Shown here: in pieces, positions 47,801 to 58,667 of the stretch
Layout of the letters: the number at the start of each line of letters is the position of its first letter
Numbering within the stretch: position 1 is the first letter of the stretch
Origin: Actinomycetota bacterium
GTDB lineage: Bacteria; Actinomycetota; Actinomycetes; Actinomycetales; Microbacteriaceae
DNA: 64,000 nt
NCBI GenBank assembly: GCA_005778835.1
Contig: SXMG01000049.1
Coordinates: 1,746 to 65,745 of the forward strand
Reading direction: 5' to 3'
The notes under the pieces: model-generated
Database searches by the model: none
Told to the model about the DNA's origin: nothing
What the model saw: the letters and a program-made list of their open reading frames with translations, nothing else
Translations under genes and position numbers: made by a program

Positions 47801-48270
47801 AAGACGACACCCTCAAGTCGCTCGTGACCGCCGACCCGGGCAGCGTCACGATGCCGCGTGAGCTGAGTGACGCCGCCTTCCGCGGCGCCTACGACGCCTG
47901 GAATCTCGCCCGCGAGCACGCACATACCGAATGGATGCGCGGCACCGACCCCGCGAACCTCACCCCAGAGCTCCCCAAGGTGTTCCGCGAGGCTGCCGAG
48001 ATCGTGCTCGCCCACGGAGCCGGGCTCGCCGTCGGCAAGCAGGGTGAGCTCATGAAGCGGCTCAAAGCCGTGCCCAGCGTGAAGGCGCGGAACGCCATGC
48101 GACGGGCCATCCGCGGCCACAAGGCCGGGCCGGAGCTGATCCCGGCCATCGAGGCAGTGCTCGACGAGTTCGGCATCCGTCCCGCAGAGAAGGTCGTACC
48201 ACTCACGCCGATCGACCGTGAAGACGTGAGACTTGTGGCGTGGATGGCCGTGCAGGGTACGAATTCCTAG
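44833..48270 (+). CDS. PLD-nuclease + SNF2 helicase fusion
   Basis: FLHGKAYI...GSSNLT...NAELN; ADEVGLGKT, DEAHN, LTATP, AEGVNLQ, YDLPWNP...QRHGRVDRIG; GTGA overlap. Confidence 0.9.
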   Translation: MTEQLPVFATNRLAPPMTVGEEIARLFRVNREALASAPSAAIATAYVNPAGFLLIADELEKLPRIRVLLGAEPLPDPVLTERADEALRARLREALNDHDAWLRAERDALGFAPEATLSAKRLVAWLRAADERGEPVVEIRRYTGGFLHGKAYISHHPTHPAYLAGSSNLTLAGLTRNAELNVGASGQHGSTGQVVDWFEECWTDSETYDLAALYEPLWGEHSPWTVYLRMLLERYGSHLDEEKSESLRFELTRFQVDGVRRMRRLLDEIGGVLVADEVGLGKTYLALEVIAAASEELRQRVIVAAPAALKAGVWDPILKRYGMSRRVTAYSYEEIRNRMDPEKEPDHDFLNEVEDAALVIVDEAHNLRNASAARSGALDRVILSGKHPKKVVLLTATPVNNSLIDLETLLKYFVRDDARFASRGIPSIRGYIRDAQKLDPEALTPAHLFDLMDEVAVRRTRSFVKQNYRGETVPGPNGTKIVVEFPDPDVYRVDYTLDEAGEALVDAVTYALDIPESEKHVASFEVRRNDPRRLLLSRYAPSAYLKSEKLDGSQVSNMGLLRSALLKRLESSPQALASTLQVLITAHEGFLAALDKGMVLIGGALRDYISSESEDLDEIVAGLDVDNAHQATPAADYHADVLASDVVLDLELLRSIRQLAVDAAAGDEPKAQRLVDELGAIAADSRTTSAKGISSSDRRKLIVFSTYADTIRDLHERIDKALDEAPEGSLLADYRGRLAPAIIGEYASGKTGGINQVSRAKAIAGFAPRTAGQLDNEGIPVHSDDYDILLTTDVLAEGVNLQQAGRIVNYDLPWNPMRIVQRHGRVDRIGSEHDKIHLGVFFPTEHLDEFLNLENTLIRKLKQADAAIGTGKVLPGVNPYPPKDHYDADDIVDEIEQLVETSGGSAAGSGEEYRRRLANALDAEPGLREHLEALPHGIGSGFRSTVIEGNHYVFCMRMGPDDSEHVWFRNVPVDEDWAPVTDEHGVTTVEDDTLKSLVTADPGSVTMPRELSDAAFRGAYDAWNLAREHAHTEWMRGTDPANLTPELPKVFREAAEIVLAHGAGLAVGKQGELMKRLKAVPSVKARNAMRRAIRGHKAGPELIPAIEAVLDEFGIRPAEKVVPLTPIDREDVRLVAWMAVQGTNS

Positions 48271-48372
48271 GTTGGTCGACGACCTCGGGGGAACAGGGCC
48301 CGTAGTGAGTCCCAACTTCGGTTTAACTTTCGCTATGAAGCAGATCAGAAAGTCCGACGAATTGGGGGTGGA

Positions 48373-49260
48373 ATGCAGACAAAGTGGACCCGGCTCGTCG
48401 TAGAGACGCAATTGGCTGTCGATCTTGTAACGACTGGCATTCGTCGCATTAGTTTCATGCCGATGAGCGGCAAGAGCGACCAGCGACTTCCGTATGACCA
48501 GGTTTACCCGCTGTACGCGGGTCTACACACCTACACGACAGGTCTCGAGCGCCTTGTGAAGCTATCTATAGCTTGCCATGGCTTCTTGGAGCACGGTGTC
48601 TTTCCCGAGGTTCGCAGTTTCAGTCACAAGATCGGGTCCTTGCTTGACGCACTCGAGGATCTGGAATTTCCAGACCACGATCGGGAATCTTGGAATTACT
48701 TCGAGCGCCCTTCCGATGCGGATAGTCGAAACCTTATCGATTGGCTAGAGCGCTTCGCGGCCGGTGGCGGTAGATATGAGATTCTGGACTCTCTTTCTGC
48801 GAAGGAATCCGATATCCTCACATGGACCAATTGGCAAGAATTCTGCGCAGGAGCAACAGTCTCTGATCGTGTCAAGTGGATAATCTCGATGCACAATGCC
48901 ATCGGCGATGCTATACGCGACGTGACTTCAGATGCTGACTTGGAAGCTGTAACAGCACCTCATCTCCATGAATTCGACGGGGGTCTACACGAATCGTCTG
49001 CCGCGGTTGCTTTGTCGATGTATCGCTTGGCTAGATGGCCGGCTTCGCTTCTTGACAGGGTTAGTCACTACACCCATCAAGACCTTCCGATTCTTGGTGA
49101 AGCCCTTGTCGGTCTAGAGCAGAGTTCCGAAGACTTCTTTGCGTGTGAGGTTGCTCGTATATCGGACCCCGATGTGGCCGAGGAAGAACTGCTTGCACAC
49201 AGAGAAAACTTCGTCAGCAGCCAGCTAGGCGAAGGCGACGAGGATGACTTTCTTGACTGA
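48373..49260 (+). CDS. Hypothetical protein, possibly HEPN-like
   Basis: GLERLVKL...SHKIGSLL...RY resembles the E..K...H..L...RY HEPN pattern; markedly AT-richer. Confidence 0.55.
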   Translation: MQTKWTRLVVETQLAVDLVTTGIRRISFMPMSGKSDQRLPYDQVYPLYAGLHTYTTGLERLVKLSIACHGFLEHGVFPEVRSFSHKIGSLLDALEDLEFPDHDRESWNYFERPSDADSRNLIDWLERFAAGGGRYEILDSLSAKESDILTWTNWQEFCAGATVSDRVKWIISMHNAIGDAIRDVTSDADLEAVTAPHLHEFDGGLHESSAAVALSMYRLARWPASLLDRVSHYTHQDLPILGEALVGLEQSSEDFFACEVARISDPDVAEEELLAHRENFVSSQLGEGDEDDFLD

Positions 49261-49293
49261 CCGCTCGTTGACGAGGAGAAAAGTGTCGAACCC

Positions 49294-49769
49294 ATGATGA
49301 GTGAAGATTTCGTCGTCGATGCGGTAGAGGTCTTCGTGGTCAACGCTGGCTGGGTCGTCACGAGCAAGGCCCATGCGCATCAGCAGGGTGATGATCTTGT
49401 GGCCATTAGTTCAACCTTGAGACTGCGTGTAGAGGCAAAGGGCAGCGGAAGCTCCAAGCCGGGCACCCGACGCTTTGGCCAGAGCTTCACAGGAGGTCAG
49501 GTCAAGACCCATGTTGCTGTAGCAGTTCTTCGAGCGATGAGTTGGTATCACGAGGCGAACCAGCCCACCCTGATGGCCCTCGCTCTCCCGCGGGACGATG
49601 CCCACCGGCTACAGATCGCGAAAGTGAAGCCAGCGCTAGATCGGCTGAGAATCGGCGTGTTCTGGGTTTCCAAAGATGGCAGTGTCGACGTTGACGCGCC
49701 TTGGAGCCTCTATAGATGCTCGCCCGACCACTCGAGTCTCGACTCTACGGACGCGTTGATGCCTGAGGC

Positions 49770-49773
<4 letters not shown>
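49294..49773 (+). CDS. Small PD-(D/E)xK restriction-endonuclease-like protein
   Basis: SEDFVV...GDDLVA...VEAKG. Confidence 0.62.
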
Positions 49774-51590
<1,817 letters not shown>

Positions 51591-51728
51591 ACCACCGGAC
51601 GGGGCGCGACGCGGCGTCGTCGGCGCCGGCTCGCAGCGGCTCCTCCACCGCGTGGTTGCACACGCCTCCCTGCCCCGAGTGGCTGAGCGGCGGGCCACGG
51701 GAGACGCGCGCCGGGCATCCTGCCCCGC

Positions 51729-52175
51729 ATGACCGGCGCCTTTCGCACCTATCAGCCCACCGTCACCCGCCCGATCACTGACGACGATTTGCAGACCCCC
51801 GAGGCGCAGCTCGCGTATGCGCTCGGGCCGGCGATTCGCTGGCAGCTGTGGCTGTTCTTTCCGGCGAACGACGACGGGTTCGGCGGGCTCGCGATGCCGT
51901 GCGACGACCTGCCGCGCCGCGCGCCCGTCGACGCTGCCGAGACCCTGTTCACGGTGATCAACCGGGTCGGGCGTCACGCCGGGGCGAGCGAACTGATCGT
52001 CGGTCTCGAACGCCGCGGCGGCCCTGACCCCGGCCGCCTCGATCGAGAGTGGATGTTCGCCGCATCCACCGCCGCCGACCGAGCCGGCGTGCGCCTGCGG
52101 GCCGTGCTGATCAGCCACACCCGCGGAGTGCGCGAGCACGCGCCGCCCGCCCCGACCCTCGAGATCGGAGAATGA
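51729..52175 (+). CDS. Hypothetical protein
   Basis: Intact ORF with QLWLFF and LERRGG...D..W...GVRLR pattern; function unknown. Confidence 0.6.
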   Translation: MTGAFRTYQPTVTRPITDDDLQTPEAQLAYALGPAIRWQLWLFFPANDDGFGGLAMPCDDLPRRAPVDAAETLFTVINRVGRHAGASELIVGLERRGGPDPGRLDREWMFAASTAADRAGVRLRAVLISHTRGVREHAPPAPTLEIGE

Positions 52176-52185
52176 TGACGTCACA

Positions 52186-52204
52186 GGTTATACCGGGTTA
52201 TACT
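52186..52204 (+). promoter_or_regulatory. Operator repeats overlapping the -10 of a leaderless mazEF promoter
   Basis: GGTTATAC at 52186 and 52196; TATACT 52199-52204 then 6 nt to ATG. Confidence 0.6.
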
Positions 52205-52210
52205 CGGGCC

Positions 52211-52486
52211 ATGAAGACAGCTATCTCGGTGCCGGACGACCTGTTCGAGCGAGTGGAACAAAGGCTTGATGAGCTCGGCATGAACAGATCAGAGTTCTAT
52301 GCGACCGCTGCTCGCGCGTTTCTCGACAGTCTCGAAGCCGAGAGCCTCACGGCCGAGATCGACGCGGCACTCTCGGTTGTCCGTGCGGATCCGGAGACTC
52401 GTGCCGAGATGGATCGCGAGCGGGCCGAGTTGAACGCTTATGCTCTGCGTCGACTCGAGCAACTCACAGACGGAGATGAGTGGTGA
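52211..52486 (+). CDS. mazE: RHH antitoxin of a MazEF pair
   Basis: MKTAISVPDDLF...MNRSEFY; acidic C-terminus ending EW; overlaps the toxin. Confidence 0.8.
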   Translation: MKTAISVPDDLFERVEQRLDELGMNRSEFYATAARAFLDSLEAESLTAEIDAALSVVRADPETRAEMDRERAELNAYALRRLEQLTDGDEW

Positions 52487-52824
52487 TATCGAGAGGCGAT
52501 ATCTGCTGGGCCGACTTCGGCCCCATCGTCGACAGAAGCCCTGCGAAGCGACGCCCTGTCGTCGTCGTGCAAGCAGACAAGTACACGCAATCCCTGTTGG
52601 GCACGATCGTCGTCGCGACCCTGTCTAGTGCGACGAGTCGCTCCACGATTCCGGGCAACGTGTTCATACCGGCAACCGCGAGCGGACTACCGAAGAACTC
52701 GGTGGTCATCGCGACCGAGTTGCAGACTGTGGATCGCGATGCCCTCAGCGAGCCGGTCGGGTCGGTGCCTCCGATCATCATGCGCGACATTGACGCCGGG
52801 CTGCGGCGCGTGCTGAACCTGTAG
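52480..52824 (+). CDS. mazF: PemK/MazF endoribonuclease toxin
   Basis: RGDICWADF...KRRPVVVVQ...GL..S...IDAGLRRVL. Confidence 0.9.
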   Translation: MVISRGDICWADFGPIVDRSPAKRRPVVVVQADKYTQSLLGTIVVATLSSATSRSTIPGNVFIPATASGLPKNSVVIATELQTVDRDALSEPVGSVPPIIMRDIDAGLRRVLNL

Positions 52825-52862
52825 GCGGCTCAGCGCGCGCCGAGCATCCGGAACCTGTTCAA

Positions 52863-53069
52863 TCAGTCGTCGAGCACGAAGGTGACCTCCATGGTCACCT
52901 GGTAAGCCCCGACCTTGCCGTCGACGATGTGCAGCTTCTGCTCTTTGATCCACGCGCCGCTGACGCCGCGAAGGGTGCTGTTGGCACGGTCGACACCGAC
53001 GCGAACGGCGTCTTCGAAGCTCTTCTCCGACCGGGCGGTGATGGTGGTGATGCGGGCGACGCTAGACAT
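52863..53069 (-). CDS. Dodecin family protein
   Basis: SEKSFEDAV...TLRGV...WIKEQK...YQV..VTFVL. Confidence 0.88.
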   Translation of the reverse strand: MSSVARITTITARSEKSFEDAVRVGVDRANSTLRGVSGAWIKEQKLHIVDGKVGAYQVTMEVTFVLDD

Positions 53070-53331
53070 GGGGATCTCCACTTCGTTGTGACCACTTGAG
53101 GGGCCCAGTCAACTCCTGCGGGTGGCGCGCGTCTAGGGGTTGACCTGCGCTGCAGGCCCCTAGGGCAGATTGATGATGAAATGCGCGGATACGCGCTAAT
53201 CTGCTATCGTGGAATAGCGCACTACCGCGACAATCGAACCAGGCGTCGCCAGGGTGCAGACGGGCGGCATCTGACCCAATGTCACCCGTCGCCCCTACCC
53301 TGAGCAGACCCCTGGCCGGAGGAGAACCCCT

Positions 53332-56300
53332 GTGTACCTGACCACGAACGAGAACGGCGAGCGACTGCTCGTCACCTCGGCGAGCGACCTCACGCGCGCC
53401 GCCGAGTGTGAGTTCCGGGTCGCGCGCGACCTCGATGCGAAGTTGGGTCGGCTCGAGCCGGTGAAAGACGAGCCGGATGCGATGCTCGCGCGCACCGCGA
53501 CGATGGGCGACGCGCATGAGGCCGCCATCATCGCCGACTACCGCGCCAAGGCCGCGCACCCCGACGACGTGCTCGAGATCGATCGCGCCCACGGCGGCGG
53601 CCTCGAGGCCGACGAGCCGTTCGCCGCGCAGACCCTCGAGGCAATGCGGGCCGGAACTCCCGTCATCGTGCAGGCCACCTTCGTCGACCGGCAGCACAAT
53701 CCCGGCGGGCCGGACGAGTTGCCGATCGCGTTCGTCGGCTTCGCCGACTTCCTCGTCCGTAACCCCGACGGCGCGTACCGGGTGCAAGACAGCAAGCTCG
53801 CGCGCCGCGCGAAGGTCACGGCACTGTTGCAGCTCGCCGCCTACGCCGAGCAGCTCGAGCGGCTCGGCATCGCGGTCGACCCCGAGGTCGACCTGATTCT
53901 GGGCAATCGCGAGGTGAGCATCCACCGACTCGACGACATCGCGCCGGTATTGCGAGCCCGCCGTGCACGACTGCACCGTCTGTTGCGTGAGCGCGCGGCG
54001 GCCGAGGGCCCGATCGCGTGGCGCGACCCGAGCGTCACCTACTGCCGCTCGTGCGCGTGGTGCGAGTCAAAGATCGCGGTGCACGACGACGTGAGCCAGG
54101 TCGCCGGACTCACCGGCGCGCAGTGGACCAAGCTCGGCGCCGCCGGCATCGAGACCCTCGCGCAGCTCGCCATCAGCACGGGCACGGTCGCCGGCATCGC
54201 CGCGAGCACGCTCGACACGCTGCGCCTGCAGGCTGCCCTGCAGCACGAGGCCGTGGGAGCGACCCCGGGAACACTGCCGCCCGTCAAGGTGCGCGACGCG
54301 GCTCCGCTGCACGCGCTGCCGCCGGCGAGCCCGGGCGACCTGTTCTTCGACTTCGAGGGCGACCCGCTCTACACCGAGAGCGACCCCGCACGCTGGGGCC
54401 TCGACTACCTGTTCGGCATGGTCGACGCCGAGGCGGAGTTCACGGCGTACTGGGCGCACAGCTTCGCCGAGGAGCGGGATGCACTCATCGCCTTCCTCGC
54501 CGACGTCGAGACCCGCCGACGCGCGCATCCCGACCTGCACGTCTACCACTACGCCGCCTACGAGCGCACCCACCTGAGGTCGCTGAGCGCTCGACACGGG
54601 GTCGGCGAAGACATCATCGACGAGTGGCTGCGCAGCGGAGTGCTCGTCGACCTGTATCCCGTCGTCACGCGCGCCCTGCGCCTCGGCACGCCGAACTATT
54701 CGATCAAGTCGCTCGAGAAGATCTACTGGCCTGACGCGCGCGCGGGCGCAGACCTGGCCCGCGGCGACGACTCGGTCGCGATGTACGTCGACGCCCGCAC
54801 GGCGCGCGAGAACGGCAAGAGCGCCGAGGCCGACGCGCTGCTGGCGACCATCGCCGACTACAACCGCGTCGACTGCGTCAGCACCCTGCGGCTCGCCGCG
54901 TGGTTGCGGGGGCTCGCGGCACAGCATCCCGCACCCGCCCCGACGCTCACCGACGACGACGCAGCCGACGATGACACGGAGGACGACCGGGGGCCCCAGC
55001 TCGACGACTCTCCGCTGCGCACCGCGCTGCTCGAGCTCGCGGCGAACGACGACGGTACGCCGTCGACCGAGCCCGACCGCACCGCCGAGCAGCGCGCCTA
55101 CGCCTACGCCGCCGCGGCGATCGACTACCACCGCCGCGAGCACAAGACCTTCTGGTGGGAGCACTTCGACCGCCTCGTCGCCCCGCCCGAAGACTGGGCT
55201 GACGTGCGCGACGTCTTCACCGTCGATGTGGATGCTCCGCACGAGCAGACCCCCTGGGGCAAGTCGGGCAGGCAGCGGTCGCTGCGCCGCACGCTCACCC
55301 TCCGCGGAACCTGGGCTCCCGGCTCGCGCCCAACCGTCAGCGGCCGTAGCGGCCCGTTCGCCGTCTACAACCAGCCCGCCCCGATGCCCTCCAACAACCG
55401 CGATCGCCTCGCACGGTCGGCGCGTGCCGTCGCGTTAGATCGCATCGGGGAGGGGTTCGTCGTCGTCACCGAGACGCTCGCCGACGGGGTTGACGAGTAC
55501 ACCGACCTGCCGGTTGCGCTGACTCCCGCGAGCCCGCCCGACCCCGGACAGCAAAAGCCCGCCATCGAAGAGTGGGGCGCGCGACTCGTCGACGCACACC
55601 CGGAATGGCCCGCCGAACCCGTCGGCGACTTGCTGCGGCGCGTGCCGCCTCGTACCCGAAGCGGGGCGGCACTCGCGCAAGTCGCCGACGACCACGCTGT
55701 GGAGGGAGGCGACGGCGTGGCCGTCGCGGGCGAGCCCGATCGGGTCAGCGCCGTTGTCGCGAGCCTGCTCGACCTCGACCGCTCGTACCTCGCCGTGCAG
55801 GGCCCTCCCGGCACGGGCAAGACCTACCTCGGCTCGCACGTCATCGCCCGACTCGTGAGCAAGCACGGGTGGAAGGTCGGAGTCGTCGCGCAGAGTCACA
55901 CCACGGTCGAGCACGTGCTCGAAGAGATCGTGCGGACCGGGCTCGATGCCCGCCTCGTCGGCAAAGCACCCAAGTCGAGCGCTGACCCCGCCGACTATGC
56001 GACCGCCCGCTACACGGTGCTGGGCAAGGCCGATGATGTCGCCGCGTTCGCCGCCGAGCGTGCTGCTGACGGCAACGGCGGCTACGTGATCGGCGGCACC
56101 GCGTGGGATTTCGCGAGCCCCAAGCGCGTCGGCCGCCGCGCCCTCGACCTGCTCGTGATCGACGAAGCCGGGCAGTTCTCGCTAGCCGCCACGATCGCCG
56201 CGAGCATGGCCGCGAAGAACCTGCTGCTGCTCGGCGACCCGCAACAGCTGCCGCAGGTGAGCCAGGGCACCCACCCCGAGCCGATCGACGGCAGCGCGCT

Positions 56301-56964
56301 CGGCTACCTCAGTGCCGGGCACGACGTGCTTCCGGCCGAGCTCGGCTACTTCCTCGCCGAGACCCGCCGGCTGCACCCCGCCCTCGCCGAGCCCGTCTCG
56401 CGGCTCAGCTACGAGGGCCGCCTGCACGCGCACCCGAGCAGCTCGCTGCGCGAGCTCAAGGGGGTAGCGCCCGGGCTGCACCCCGTGCCCGTCGAACACA
56501 ACGGCAACGCGACCGAGTCGGGGGAGGAGGCAGACGAGGTCGTCGCGATCATCCAGCGCCTCATCGGCTCGGCCTGGAACCCGGGGCCGGATGCTGCGCC
56601 TCGGCCGCTCGCCGCCGACGACGTCATCGTCGTCACGCCCTACAACGCGCAGCAGCAGACGATTCGCGAGCGGCTCGACGCCGCAGGCCTGCGCGGCACG
56701 CGCGTCGGCACGGTCGACAAGTTTCAGGGGCAAGAGGCCGCGGTGGCGATCGTCTCGCTCGCCGCCTCGAGCTCGCGCGACGCCCCGCGCGGCATGGAGT
56801 TTCTGCTCAACCGCAACCGCCTCAACGTCGCCATCTCGCGCGCCCAGTGGGCCGCCTATCTCGTGCACTCGCCCGGGCTGCTCGACTCGCTGCCGCACAC
56901 CCCCGGGGGCGTGGCCGAGCTCAGCGCCTTCATCCGCCTCACTGAACAGGAGCCCCCGTCATGA
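53332..56964 (+). CDS. TM0106-family RecB-like nuclease + RNase H-like domain + Upf1-like SF1 helicase
   Basis: SASDL..C, ADFL..DSK..QLAAY, CRSC.W.C, FFDFEGDP, YSIKSLE, YN..D, QGPPGTGKT, IDEAGQ, GDPQQL, TVDKFQGQE, RLNVAISRA. Confidence 0.9.
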   Translation: MYLTTNENGERLLVTSASDLTRAAECEFRVARDLDAKLGRLEPVKDEPDAMLARTATMGDAHEAAIIADYRAKAAHPDDVLEIDRAHGGGLEADEPFAAQTLEAMRAGTPVIVQATFVDRQHNPGGPDELPIAFVGFADFLVRNPDGAYRVQDSKLARRAKVTALLQLAAYAEQLERLGIAVDPEVDLILGNREVSIHRLDDIAPVLRARRARLHRLLRERAAAEGPIAWRDPSVTYCRSCAWCESKIAVHDDVSQVAGLTGAQWTKLGAAGIETLAQLAISTGTVAGIAASTLDTLRLQAALQHEAVGATPGTLPPVKVRDAAPLHALPPASPGDLFFDFEGDPLYTESDPARWGLDYLFGMVDAEAEFTAYWAHSFAEERDALIAFLADVETRRRAHPDLHVYHYAAYERTHLRSLSARHGVGEDIIDEWLRSGVLVDLYPVVTRALRLGTPNYSIKSLEKIYWPDARAGADLARGDDSVAMYVDARTARENGKSAEADALLATIADYNRVDCVSTLRLAAWLRGLAAQHPAPAPTLTDDDAADDDTEDDRGPQLDDSPLRTALLELAANDDGTPSTEPDRTAEQRAYAYAAAAIDYHRREHKTFWWEHFDRLVAPPEDWADVRDVFTVDVDAPHEQTPWGKSGRQRSLRRTLTLRGTWAPGSRPTVSGRSGPFAVYNQPAPMPSNNRDRLARSARAVALDRIGEGFVVVTETLADGVDEYTDLPVALTPASPPDPGQQKPAIEEWGARLVDAHPEWPAEPVGDLLRRVPPRTRSGAALAQVADDHAVEGGDGVAVAGEPDRVSAVVASLLDLDRSYLAVQGPPGTGKTYLGSHVIARLVSKHGWKVGVVAQSHTTVEHVLEEIVRTGLDARLVGKAPKSSADPADYATARYTVLGKADDVAAFAAERAADGNGGYVIGGTAWDFASPKRVGRRALDLLVIDEAGQFSLAATIAASMAAKNLLLLGDPQQLPQVSQGTHPEPIDGSALGYLSAGHDVLPAELGYFLAETRRLHPALAEPVSRLSYEGRLHAHPSSSLRELKGVAPGLHPVPVEHNGNATESGEEADEVVAIIQRLIGSAWNPGPDAAPRPLAADDVIVVTPYNAQQQTIRERLDAAGLRGTRVGTVDKFQGQEAAVAIVSLAASSSRDAPRGMEFLLNRNRLNVAISRAQWAAYLVHSPGLLDSLPHTPGGVAELSAFIRLTEQEPPS

Positions 56965-57593
56965 CCAATCCCGACTACACCGCCCTGCTGCTCATCGTCG
57001 ACCGCAGCGGCTCGATGCAGACCATCCGCGACGACATGGTCGGCGGGCTCACGAGCCTGCTCGCCGCCCAGGCAGAGTTGCCCGGCATTCTCACCGTTGA
57101 CATCGTCACGTTCGATGACGAGATCGAGCACCAGGCCGTCTTCGCCGACCCCGCCACCGTTGAGGTACGACTCGAACCACGCGGCATGACCGCGCTGCTG
57201 GATGCTCTCGGCGAGTCGCTCGAAGGCTTCCGCTCGGCGCTGCAGGCCCTGCCGTCGCACGCCCGCCCCGACACCGTGCAGGTGGTCGTCGTGACCGACG
57301 GGCACGAGAACGCGAGCAGGCGCTACACGCGCGAGCACGTCAAGCGCATCATCGCCGACCTCACGCTCGAGGCGAAGTGGGACTTCGTCTACCTCGGCGC
57401 GAACCAAGACGCCATCACGGTCGGCGTCGACCTCGGCTTCGACGCGGGAAGCTCGATGACCTACGCGGCCGACTCGATCTCGGTGGGCGCGAGCAGCGAC
57501 GTGCTCAACCGCTACATGACCGACGTGCGCGGCAAGTCGAAGAAGGAGTTCGCGCCCGCCGAGCGCGCCCGCGTCAACCCCGACGCGGAGTAG
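56961..57593 (+). CDS. vWA domain protein
   Basis: MIDAS DRSGSM, TALLDA, VTDGHENAS, YLGANQDA; ATGA overlap. Confidence 0.85.
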   Translation: MTNPDYTALLLIVDRSGSMQTIRDDMVGGLTSLLAAQAELPGILTVDIVTFDDEIEHQAVFADPATVEVRLEPRGMTALLDALGESLEGFRSALQALPSHARPDTVQVVVVTDGHENASRRYTREHVKRIIADLTLEAKWDFVYLGANQDAITVGVDLGFDAGSSMTYAADSISVGASSDVLNRYMTDVRGKSKKEFAPAERARVNPDAE

Positions 57594-57602
57594 TCACGTC
57601 GC

Positions 57603-58604
57603 TCAGCCGAAGTCGCGCCGAGACAGCTCAGCCCGGCGAGGCCCGACGAGTCGCACTGAGCGCAGTGACGCGTCGGCGCCGATGCGGTTCTCCGCGCGCT
57701 CGAAGGTCGTGACGAGCCCGCGGTAGGCCCAGAGCGCAGCCTGCTCGTCGGCGAAGGCGCGCGCGACGATGCCGCCCGGGCCGCGGTCGAGCTCGATCGT
57801 GAACGGCGTGCCGGTCGGCAGCTCGTCCACTGGCAGCCAGGCGTCGAGCTGGCGCGCGCGGCTCGAGAGCGTCACGAGGCGATCGGCCGGCACGTCGTCG
57901 ATGCGCGAGCGCGACGTGCGGCGCGAGCCACTCCACACCGCGCGCACCTTCTCGGCCTGGCGCGCCTGCACCTCGTCGGCGGTCGGCTTGCGAAAGAGTC
58001 GCGATGGCTTGCCGACCGAGCCGGAAGTCATGTCGCCCGTCTCGATGAGCAGGGGCTCCATCATGCGCCGGAAGGTGTCGCGCTGCGGTGTCGTCGGGTC
58101 GACCGCACTGTGCAGCACGAGCAGCTCGCGCAGCGTGAACGGATGCTGCAGCAGCCCCCACGGGTCGGGCTGCGTCGCGTAGTCGCCGCGGATCCGTTCG
58201 ACCGAGACGGCGAGGATGCGCGCGTGGTCGAAGTCGAGCGGGTCGGCGCGGTCGATCGGCACGGCGATGCCCGCAGGGACGACCTCGCTCGGCAGCGCCA
58301 TCGCGTGCGCGACCGAGAGCACCCAGCCGCGCTCATCGCGGTCGGGCTCGTCGAAGACCACGAGCTGCCGCGGGTCGCCGCCCTCGATGCCGGCCTTTTC
58401 ACGCAGCGAGCGGCGCACGGCGACCTCGAGGGTCTCGCCCTCATGCAGAAAGGTGCCCGGCAACCGGCGTCCGCCCTCCGGGCCCTCGACGAGCACGACG
58501 CAGAGCTCGTCGGCGATGACGGTGAAGACCGCGGTGTCGACGGCGACCGACGGGCGCGGGTAGTCGAGCAGTGAGCGTTCGTGCGGGCTGGTGCGGTCAT
58601 CCAT
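57603..58604 (-). CDS. nrtR: NrtR-like NUDIX + wHTH regulator with C-terminal extension
   Basis: YPRPSVAVD, LPGTF..GETL..R.L.EK, PDRD.RG..LSVA, FDH..I, FTL.EL, FRR, GKPSRLF. Confidence 0.78.
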   Translation of the reverse strand: MDDRTSPHERSLLDYPRPSVAVDTAVFTVIADELCVVLVEGPEGGRRLPGTFLHEGETLEVAVRRSLREKAGIEGGDPRQLVVFDEPDRDERGWVLSVAHAMALPSEVVPAGIAVPIDRADPLDFDHARILAVSVERIRGDYATQPDPWGLLQHPFTLRELLVLHSAVDPTTPQRDTFRRMMEPLLIETGDMTSGSVGKPSRLFRKPTADEVQARQAEKVRAVWSGSRRTSRSRIDDVPADRLVTLSSRARQLDAWLPVDELPTGTPFTIELDRGPGGIVARAFADEQAALWAYRGLVTTFERAENRIGADASLRSVRLVGPRRAELSRRDFG

Positions 58605-58606
58605 GG

Positions 58607-58636
58607 TCGTATTCTCGCACGATTGCGCTAATACGA
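58607..58636. promoter_or_regulatory. Palindromic putative NrtR operator
   Basis: TCGTATT-CT-CGCA-N4-TGCG-CT-AATACGA just upstream of the nrtR start. Confidence 0.5.
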
Positions 58637-58667
58637 TGCTGCGGCGCGGGGTTCGCGCCTGAACCCG

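Noticed and set aside
32509-48270. Complete DISARM, BREX or Zorya system
   Set aside because: No DrmA/DrmB (DUF1998), PglZ/BrxC or MotA/MotB-like ZorA/ZorB genes recognised
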